From contig OY821641.1 of the NCBI GenBank assembly GCA_963555995.3, forward strand, positions 1-64,000: a DNA stretch of 64,000 nucleotides. Direction: 5' to 3'. Below, piece by piece: positions 39,298-46,397 of the stretch. Each line of letters begins with the position of its first letter. Position 1 is the first letter of the stretch. The translations under genes were made by a program, and so were the position numbers. This stretch comes from Vicinamibacteria bacterium. Lineage in GTDB: Bacteria > Acidobacteriota > Vicinamibacteria > Marinacidobacterales > Marinacidobacteraceae. A model generated the notes under the pieces. That model had not been told where the DNA came from. It saw only the letters and a program-made list of their open reading frames with translations, and searched no databases.

Positions 39298-40416
39298 TTA
39301 CTCCGGGGCGCGCTCGTACTTGGTGAGCCCGCCGCCCGCGGTCGGACGTGAGGCCGGCCCCTCGGCGACGAACACGTTGCCGTCCTCGTCCACCGCGACG
39401 CCCTCGCCGGCGACTCCCTGGAGCACTCGCCCCTCGGCCGGGTAGTGCGGCGGGATGAAGGCCGTCACCTTGTCCTCGCTGGCGTGGCCGATCCGGACCC
39501 CGTTCAGCCAGCCGTAGTGGTTGGTCTCGGTGGACTCGGAATCAATCGCGTAGAGCATGTCGTCGTCGGTGATGAAGAGTCCGCTGATCCGGCTGAACTG
39601 GTAGTAGGTGTCCAGCAGGTTCCCGTCCTGGTCGAAGATCTGGATGCGGTGGTTGCCCCGGTCGGCCACGAACAGCCGGCCCTGGGAATCGAACTCCAGC
39701 CCGTGCGGGGTGCGGAACTGGCCGGGGCGGAAGCCGATGACGCCCCACTCCTTGATGAAGTTGCCTTCGGAGTCGTACTTGAGGATGCGCCCGGTGCGCC
39801 CTTCGGGCGGATCCGGGCTCTGGCCGCTGTGGCCGTCGGAGACGAAGATGTCGCCGTTCGGCGCGGTGATGACGTCGCACGGCTCGTGGAGCTGGCCGGG
39901 GCCGGCGCCCGGCTGCCCCGCGATCCCGAGGCGCATCAACTCTTCGCCCTCGGGAGTGAACTTGATGACCTGGTGCCCCTTCGTCCTGGCCTCGTTGCCC
40001 TGGGAATCGGTCACCCAGACGTTGCCGTCATCGTCCACATGCAGCCCGTGCGGGAGCACGAAGAGCCCGGCGCCGAACTCCGCGAGGAGTTCGCCCGTGT
40101 GCCGGTCGTACTTCAGGATCGGGTTGATGTGGGGGTTTTCCTCGCAGCCCCCGGCCAGGGCGTTCGCGCCGCAGCGGTCGTAAACCCAGACATGGCCGTC
40201 CGGGTCGATGTCCACGCCGGCCGTGGAACCCCAGGTCCGCCCGTCCGGGAGGTCGGCCCACTGGGTGATGACCACGGGATTCGGGTTCGGCAGGTTCCGC
40301 TGCACCAGATCGGGGCTTCCGGCCGGTTCCTCCGTCTCGACCGGCGTCTCCCCGGCGCAGCCGGCGAGCGTGAACGCCACCATGGTCGCCAGCAGCAGGA
40401 TCTTCACATCGCGCAT
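39298..40416 (-). CDS. NHL-repeat lipoprotein (peptidyl-alpha-hydroxyglycine alpha-amidating lyase family)
   Basis: PHGLHVDDDGNVWVTD, FRTPHGLEFDSQGRLFVADRGNHRIQIFD; lipobox LAGC. Confidence 0.88.
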   Translation of the reverse strand: MRDVKILLLATMVAFTLAGCAGETPVETEEPAGSPDLVQRNLPNPNPVVITQWADLPDGRTWGSTAGVDIDPDGHVWVYDRCGANALAGGCEENPHINPILKYDRHTGELLAEFGAGLFVLPHGLHVDDDGNVWVTDSQGNEARTKGHQVIKFTPEGEELMRLGIAGQPGAGPGQLHEPCDVITAPNGDIFVSDGHSGQSPDPPEGRTGRILKYDSEGNFIKEWGVIGFRPGQFRTPHGLEFDSQGRLFVADRGNHRIQIFDQDGNLLDTYYQFSRISGLFITDDDMLYAIDSESTETNHYGWLNGVRIGHASEDKVTAFIPPHYPAEGRVLQGVAGEGVAVDEDGNVFVAEGPASRPTAGGGLTKYERAPE

Positions 40417-40507
40417 CGTGTCGCTCCTCGGGGCAGAAGTTGCCGCTCCGGCCGGGGAGTGTATCCGCCGCCATGGGCCTCACCGGTCGGATACGGTACG
40501 GACTCCG

Positions 40508-41902
40508 ATGACACCCGAACAGATCTCCCGGTGGGCCGCTGCCGGCGAGTCCGAGACGCAGGAGTTCAAGGAGACCACCGGACAACGACGGGAAGCCGCG
40601 AAGGCCGTGTGCGCCATGCTGAACCACCGTGGAGGACGGGTGATTTTCGGAGTGAGGCCGAACCGGGTGGTGACGGGTCAGGTCGTCGGCGCCGACACCC
40701 TGGAGGACATCGCCCAGGAGTTACAGCGGGTGGACCCGCCGGCATTCCCGAGCGTGGATCGAGTGGACCTCGGAAGCGGTCGGGCGGTCATCGTGGTGAC
40801 CGTTTCGACCGGGGCGGGCCGTCCTTACAGCTACCAGGGGCAGGCGTATCGGCGCGTGGGTGCGACGAACCTTCGCCTGTCGCGCGAGGAGTACAACGGG
40901 ATGCTCCTTGAACGGGTGCATGCCGATCGGCGATGGGAGAACGAGGAGGCCTCCGGGTGGACCGTGGCCGACCTTGATCACGACCAGATCCTCGAAACCG
41001 TAGCCGAGGCCGTGCGTCGTGGCCGGCTCGCCGAGCCCGGCACACGGGAGCCGGAACCGCTGCTCCGGGGACTCCATCTCCTGCGCGGAAATCGGCTGCT
41101 GCGCGCGGCCGTGGTGCTGTTCGGACGGAGCGAGGAGATGGCGGCAACCCATCCCCAGTGCCTGCTCCGCGTAGCGAGGTTCCGGGGGACTTCCCGGACG
41201 GAATTCCTCGACAGCCGGCAGTTTCACGGAAACGCTTTCGATCTGCTGCGGAAGGGGCAGCGTTTTCTCGTGGAAAGCCTGCCGATCGCGGGCCGGGTGC
41301 TGCCCGGCCTGTTCGAGCGGGTGGATGACCCGCTCTACCCCCCCGAAGCGCTCCGTGAAGCCCTTGCGAACGCGATCTGCCACCGGGACTACTCGATGGG
41401 GGGTGGCTCCATCGGAATCGGGATCTACGACGACCGGCTCGAAGTCACGTCAACGGGTTCGCTCCACTTCGGCCTGACGCCGGAAATGCTCTTCAAGCCT
41501 CATGAGTCGCGTCCCTGGAATCCCCTCATCGCGGGGGTGTTCTACCGGCGCGGCGTCATCGAGAGCTGGGGCCGAGGGACGCTCAAGATGGCGGAACTTG
41601 CCGAGCGGGCCGGGCTTCCCCGCCCGGAAATCGAGGACTCCGGCGGCGCCGTGACCGTGCGCTTCCGGCCGGGCCGGTATGTGCCGCCTCAGCGGGTCGG
41701 CCTCGATCTGACCGAGCGTCAACGCGCCATTTTGGCGATTCTCGGCGAGACGCCGGCCGGAGCTGCGCTTCGTGACATCCTGCCCCGGCTCGTGAACGGC
41801 GCGACGGCCCGCCAGGTTCGGGAGGATCTGCAGGCCCTGCGTACGCTCGAACTGGCGGGCCCCACGGGCCGGGGACGAGGAGCCCGGTGGCGCCGGTCGT
41901 AG
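40508..41902 (+). CDS. AlbA_2 (Schlafen-like) + HATPase_c_4 + wHTH protein
   Basis: GESETQEFKE, CAMLNHRGGRVIFGV, EALREALANAICHRDY, IESWGRG, C-terminal GRGRGARW. Confidence 0.88.
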   Translation: MTPEQISRWAAAGESETQEFKETTGQRREAAKAVCAMLNHRGGRVIFGVRPNRVVTGQVVGADTLEDIAQELQRVDPPAFPSVDRVDLGSGRAVIVVTVSTGAGRPYSYQGQAYRRVGATNLRLSREEYNGMLLERVHADRRWENEEASGWTVADLDHDQILETVAEAVRRGRLAEPGTREPEPLLRGLHLLRGNRLLRAAVVLFGRSEEMAATHPQCLLRVARFRGTSRTEFLDSRQFHGNAFDLLRKGQRFLVESLPIAGRVLPGLFERVDDPLYPPEALREALANAICHRDYSMGGGSIGIGIYDDRLEVTSTGSLHFGLTPEMLFKPHESRPWNPLIAGVFYRRGVIESWGRGTLKMAELAERAGLPRPEIEDSGGAVTVRFRPGRYVPPQRVGLDLTERQRAILAILGETPAGAALRDILPRLVNGATARQVREDLQALRTLELAGPTGRGRGARWRRS

Positions 41903-41936
41903 CGGGCCGAGTGCTGCGGGAGTCACGACGGACCTC

Positions 41937-42140
41937 CGCTCGGGCCAATTCATGGCCCATTCGGGCCAATTCGCGGCTCATTCCATGTGTTGCCCCACGT
42001 AAGTCATTGATTACAGGTTCTTTGAATCGCTCGGGCCAATTCATGGCCCATTCGGGCCAATTCGCGGCTCATTCCACGTGTTGCCCCGCGTAAGTCATTG
42101 ATTACAGGTTCTTTGAATCGCTCGCGCCAATTCGTGGCCC
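41937..42140. repeat. 91-bp tandem repeat (2.2 copies) with phased 9-mers and an IHF-consensus site
   Basis: Units start at 41937, 42028 and 42119; TAAGTCATTGATT at 42000 and 42091. Confidence 0.9.
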
Positions 42141-42178
42141 TCTTCACGCCGGACTCGTCGGCGGTATCATTACCGGAA

Positions 42179-42511
42179 ATGAAACCGGAAATACCGAACG
42201 AAGGAGTCACACGGAGCGCCGCCTCCCGCGTCGCGCGCCACCGTGTCCGAGTGGCCGCACGTGGGATGGCGCGCCTTGAGGTCTCGGTTCCCCGAGCGGA
42301 CGCTGCGCTCCTCAGGTCCGTGGCGCGAATCCTTCGCGAAGGTGGCGAGGAGGCCGTGGAGGTCCGGCGAAACCTGGCGGCCGCGGCGCCTCCTCCGGTC
42401 GCCCGGACGGGCGCCGAACTCTGGGCCTTGCTGCGCTCCGGCCCGCTCTTCGACGTGGAACTGGACATTCGGCGCGAAACCACCGACCGGCGCCCCGTGG
42501 AGTTCGAGTGA
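42179..42511 (+). CDS. Putative antitoxin
   Basis: SRVARHR...RGMARLEVSVP; VapB-like tail ELDIRRETTDRRPVEFE; GTGA overlap with vapC. Confidence 0.7.
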   Translation: MKPEIPNEGVTRSAASRVARHRVRVAARGMARLEVSVPRADAALLRSVARILREGGEEAVEVRRNLAAAAPPPVARTGAELWALLRSGPLFDVELDIRRETTDRRPVEFE

Positions 42512-42933
42512 CGGGGTTTCTCCTCGACACCAACGTTGTCAGCGAGAGCGCCAGGCGTCGTCCGGAACCACGGGTCGCCGCCTGGTGGTCGGCGCAGCGA
42601 TCGGACGAACTGTTCGTAGCGTCCATCACGATCGGTGAACTCGTCCGCGGTGCGCGCAAGATCCAGGAGCCAGCAACGGCAAGGCGCTATGACGAATGGA
42701 TCCAGGATTTCGTGATCCCCAGGTTCGAGGGGCGCATCCTGCCGTTTGATGACCGGGCCGCGTTCCGGTGGGGCGAGATGATGGCGGCGGCGGATCGCAT
42801 CGGCCGCAAACGGCCGCCGCTGGACGCTCAGCTGGCGGCGATTGCGGCGTTGCACTCCCTGACGCTCGTCACCCGGAACGTTCGAGACTTTCGCAGCCTC
42901 GAGGTTCCCATCCTCAATCCCTGGGACGCCTGA
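42508..42933 (+). CDS. vapC: VapC-family PIN toxin
   Basis: FLLDTNVVSE, SITIGEL, LDAQLAAIA, LVTRNVRDF, ILNPW. Confidence 0.93.
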   Translation: MTGFLLDTNVVSESARRRPEPRVAAWWSAQRSDELFVASITIGELVRGARKIQEPATARRYDEWIQDFVIPRFEGRILPFDDRAAFRWGEMMAAADRIGRKRPPLDAQLAAIAALHSLTLVTRNVRDFRSLEVPILNPWDA

Positions 42934-42959
42934 CCAGGGTTCCGGCCAGCCGAGCGCGC

Positions 42960-44903
42960 TCAGGGACGCTGGCCGGGGTTCCCCGGAAGCGGACCCACGT
43001 AGCTGCGTCCAGCGCGATACAGCATGAGGCGCTGGCGGATGGCGGCGGCGAGTTCCGGATCGTTGGCGGCAACCAGCCCTTCCGCCCGTTCCGTGGCCCG
43101 GATCGCGCCTCCGAAATCCCCCGCGGCGGCGAGGGCGGCCCCGAACAGGTCCAGCGAACGGGGTTCCTGGAACGAGAACTGCGCGGCGAGACGCTCGGCG
43201 AGCCGCACCGCCTCTGCCGGGTTCCGCAGATCGCGTCTCGGGTGAGCGGCGAGGATTCCGGCCAGGGGACCGAGCGCCGCGGGCAGCTCCGAGTCGATCC
43301 GGAGTGTGTCCCGGAATGCGGCGATCGCTTCGGCCGGCCGATCGGCGCCGAGGAGCGCCGCGCCCAGCGTGGCGTGCACGCCGGCCGACTCCTCGCTCAG
43401 TTCCACCGCGGTCGTGAGCGGGTCCACCGCTCCCGCGAAGTCTCCGGACTGAAGCAGTGTCTCGCCGAGTTCGTAGTGGGCGTGGGGTGTCCGGGGTCTC
43501 TCGGCGGCGGCCTCCCGGAAAATGGCCGTCGCTTCGGAGATGCGACCGCCATCCCGGAGTAGTGCGCCCGCCTTCAGACGGGTCTCGTAGTCCGCGCCGC
43601 CTTCGACCGCCTCCCTCAGCAGCGCCTGAGCCTCGCCGCGCGCTCCGCGGATGTGGAGCAACTCCGCGAGTCCGGCACGGAGGCGGGCCGCCTTGGCCGG
43701 CGGGTTCTCCTCGGGCATCCGCCGCTCGTAGAGCTCCTCCAGCCAGGCGAGTTCCCCGCGGCCGGCCGCGGAACCCGGGGTCGGCGGTTCTCCGGGCAAC
43801 CGGATCCAGTGGTCGGTGAACGGAGTCCCGTGGAACGCCTCGCTCTGGGTCGGCAGGTGGCACCCCGCGCAATCGGAGTCGGCCGTCACGACCGTCTGCC
43901 GGTGGAGCGACGGGACGTCCTCGTGGCAGCGGGAGCAGACGGTGCGGGTCCGATCCGGTCCGGCGGGGTTCGGCAGATGCGGGTCGTGACACTCCGTGCA
44001 GGTGATGGCCTCCGCCGGATCAGATTCGCGGAAACACGCGCTCATCATGAGGCTCGCCCCGGCGTGGCGGGCCAGGAGGGGGTCGCGGGCCAGGATCTCC
44101 CGGGGCTCGAAATCAGTCGGCTGCCGGTGGCACTGCCCGCAGAAGGCGACCTGATCCGCCGGCGAGAGCCGTCCCGGGTGGAAGATGGCGCCCGGATCGC
44201 CTCCGGCGGACTGGGCCTCGACGTGGGCGATGCCGGAGCCGTGGCAACGCTCGCAGGAGACGCCCAGCACGGCTTCGTGCGGATTGAACCGGCCGTCCTC
44301 GTCCCAGGCGAGCGCGGTGGCGTGGCAGCCGATGCAGCTTGCGCTCTCCTCGGTGGTGTCGAGATTGCCCAGCGCGTCTTCGTCCTCTTCGCCCCCGGGA
44401 GTCGGGAACCAGCCGTCCCGGGCGTGCGAGAAGGAGAGCCGGAGTTCACGCAGTCGGCCGCCGGGCGCGAAGGAAACGGGCGTGAGGCCCCGCAGTCCGG
44501 AACCGAAGACGGCATCCACCGGGACCTCCGGCGGGTCCGCCCCCGGCGCCGCGAACCGGACACCTCCATCGGCCTCGAGTTCGTAGGCTGGCTGCGCGCC
44601 GATTCCCGCCGGCCAGGAGATCGCCCGCGCCAGCATCTCGTCCGAGAACCAGCGGTCGCGCGTCGCCTCCGTCACCACGCCTGCGGTCTGCGCCATGGGA
44701 TGGTCCGCCTGGGCCAGGACGATGTCCGCGTGACAGGCGGCGCACACCTCGGCGCCCACCCCCTCGTCCGGGTCAGCGAGCGGCGTCCGGGGCGCCTCCG
44801 CCGACCGGGGTGGAGGCTCCGGAGGCCCTCCTTCATCTCCACAACCCCAGACCGTTGCCGACAGGAGCGCTGCTGCGACCACGGCGCCTCGGAATCGGAG
44901 CAC
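42960..44903 (-). CDS. Multiheme c-type cytochrome (7 CxxCH) fused to TPR repeats, exported
   Basis: CAACH, CIGCH, CERCH, CGQCH, CTECH, CSRCH, CAGCH; TDHWIR; TPR C-terminal half; lipobox-like VWGC. Confidence 0.88.
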   Translation of the reverse strand: MLRFRGAVVAAALLSATVWGCGDEGGPPEPPPRSAEAPRTPLADPDEGVGAEVCAACHADIVLAQADHPMAQTAGVVTEATRDRWFSDEMLARAISWPAGIGAQPAYELEADGGVRFAAPGADPPEVPVDAVFGSGLRGLTPVSFAPGGRLRELRLSFSHARDGWFPTPGGEEDEDALGNLDTTEESASCIGCHATALAWDEDGRFNPHEAVLGVSCERCHGSGIAHVEAQSAGGDPGAIFHPGRLSPADQVAFCGQCHRQPTDFEPREILARDPLLARHAGASLMMSACFRESDPAEAITCTECHDPHLPNPAGPDRTRTVCSRCHEDVPSLHRQTVVTADSDCAGCHLPTQSEAFHGTPFTDHWIRLPGEPPTPGSAAGRGELAWLEELYERRMPEENPPAKAARLRAGLAELLHIRGARGEAQALLREAVEGGADYETRLKAGALLRDGGRISEATAIFREAAAERPRTPHAHYELGETLLQSGDFAGAVDPLTTAVELSEESAGVHATLGAALLGADRPAEAIAAFRDTLRIDSELPAALGPLAGILAAHPRRDLRNPAEAVRLAERLAAQFSFQEPRSLDLFGAALAAAGDFGGAIRATERAEGLVAANDPELAAAIRQRLMLYRAGRSYVGPLPGNPGQRP

Positions 44904-44939
44904 GCGGCGATCTTGGCCGAAGTCCCGCCAAAAAGAAAA

Positions 44940-46316
44940 GGCGCTTCACGGTTTCGTGTGGAAACAGGCCGCAGCCGGGCTGAGGTCCAGCCCGCCCAGG
45001 TGGAAGTAGATCGCCTCCCGGAAGCGGGCGCGGTTTCGGTAACCGCAGGCCATCTTCTTGAGCCACTGGATGCGCGAGTTGATGGCCTCGGCGCGTGCAT
45101 TGGTGACGGTGGAGGTGGCGGCGTTGATCACGCCATCCCAGTGTCGCTTGATCATCCGAGCGACACGCTTGATGGGTTCCAGGCGTGAGCGGATGGCCCA
45201 GCCGTACCACTGCTTCCACCGGCGTTCGGCCCAGCCCCGGACCCGGTATCCCCACAGGGTTGCGGCCAACTGCTTGATCGCCCAGGCGCGCGCCACCCGG
45301 AGTTCACTGTTCCGCAGGGTGGCGAATTTCAACTGCTGCCGGCGATTCAGCGTCCCCGGCTTCATCTGCCACAGGTACCTGCTCTTGTTGAGCCGGTCGT
45401 CCCCGGAGCGCAGCAACTCCCGATGCTCCTCCCGGCGCACCCGGTCCACCGCCTGTCCCAGGTGCTGAAACACGTGGAACTTGTCGAACACGATCTCCGC
45501 TTCGGTGTTCTCCCGGACCGACCGGATGTACGGCTGCGCCATGTCCATCGCCACCTGCTCAAGCTCGGCACACCCTTCCGACCCCAGTTCCTCGAAGAAG
45601 CCGTCAAGAGCCGTTTGGCTCCGCCCGTCAGCGACATACAGGACGCTGCCTGCCAGATCGTTCACCACCGTCACATACTCGTGCCGCTTCTGGAAGGAGG
45701 TCTCATCCACCCCGATCCGACGGGGCGGACGGAGCTCCCGGCGCGCCAGCCCCCGCCGCACCGCCCGGTGCTGGATACCCGCCACCTGACCCCACGAAAG
45801 ACCGAACTGCCGCGCGACCGCCGAGGCGCTCGCTTCCAGAAGCCAGGCGATCACCAGCCCCTCGAAACGGGCCGTGAATCGGGAGTTCGCATCCGCCCAC
45901 GGGGGAACCACCTGTCGCACCCCATGCACCGTGCAGCGCACCCGCGGGATCTCCGCCACCAACCAGGTCTGATACTGCATCGTGTCCAGATGCCGCCAGC
46001 GCCGCCGCCGCCCGTCGTGCCGCTGACCCGCCTCGCCGCACTCCGGGCACGCCAGGCGGCCTCCCGTCCACACCACCATCACCTCAACCTCCTCCGTCTC
46101 GTGGCGCACCAGGACCTCCGACACCTGCCACGGGGGACGCAAGCCGAGAAGCGATTGGTAATGCTGGGTGATGTACGTCATCACGCCAGCATAAAACGAC
46201 GCCTCCCGAGCACCCTCCCGAAACCGCGCCCGCTTCCGGGAGGCGATCTACTTCCCCTGGGCGGGCTGGATCTCAGCCCGGCTGCGGCCTGTTTCCACAC
46301 GAAACCGTGAAGAGCC
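44940..46316 (-). mobile_element. ISL3-family insertion sequence
   Basis: Ends GGCTCTT/GGCGCTT; 8-bp direct repeat AAAGAAAA at 44932-44939 and 46317-46324; ~100-bp terminal inverted repeats. Confidence 0.95.
44946..46181 (-). CDS. ISL3-family transposase
   Basis: CPECG zinc finger, RRWRHLD, IGVDE, VAMDM, FDKFHV, TNARAEAINSRIQ. Confidence 0.96.
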   Translation of the reverse strand: MTYITQHYQSLLGLRPPWQVSEVLVRHETEEVEVMVVWTGGRLACPECGEAGQRHDGRRRRWRHLDTMQYQTWLVAEIPRVRCTVHGVRQVVPPWADANSRFTARFEGLVIAWLLEASASAVARQFGLSWGQVAGIQHRAVRRGLARRELRPPRRIGVDETSFQKRHEYVTVVNDLAGSVLYVADGRSQTALDGFFEELGSEGCAELEQVAMDMAQPYIRSVRENTEAEIVFDKFHVFQHLGQAVDRVRREEHRELLRSGDDRLNKSRYLWQMKPGTLNRRQQLKFATLRNSELRVARAWAIKQLAATLWGYRVRGWAERRWKQWYGWAIRSRLEPIKRVARMIKRHWDGVINAATSTVTNARAEAINSRIQWLKKMACGYRNRARFREAIYFHLGGLDLSPAAACFHTKP

Positions 46317-46357
46317 AAAGAAAAGGCCCGCCGACCCCTTGCGGGGCCGGCGGGCCG
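46317..46357 (-). terminator. Rho-independent terminator of TonB-dependent receptor 2
   Basis: GC hairpin GGCCCGCCG-ACCCC...GGGGC-CGGCGGGCC followed by TTTTCTTT on the minus strand. Confidence 0.8.
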
Positions 46358-46397
46358 TGCTGTTCCGGCGGAACCGGTTGGCTGGCCTCCTGTCAGA

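Noticed and set aside
41937-42140. Possible CRISPR array or small ORFs (41887-42093, 41583-42044)
   Set aside because: Only 2.2 near-identical units with no variable spacer; the ORFs simply translate the repeat.
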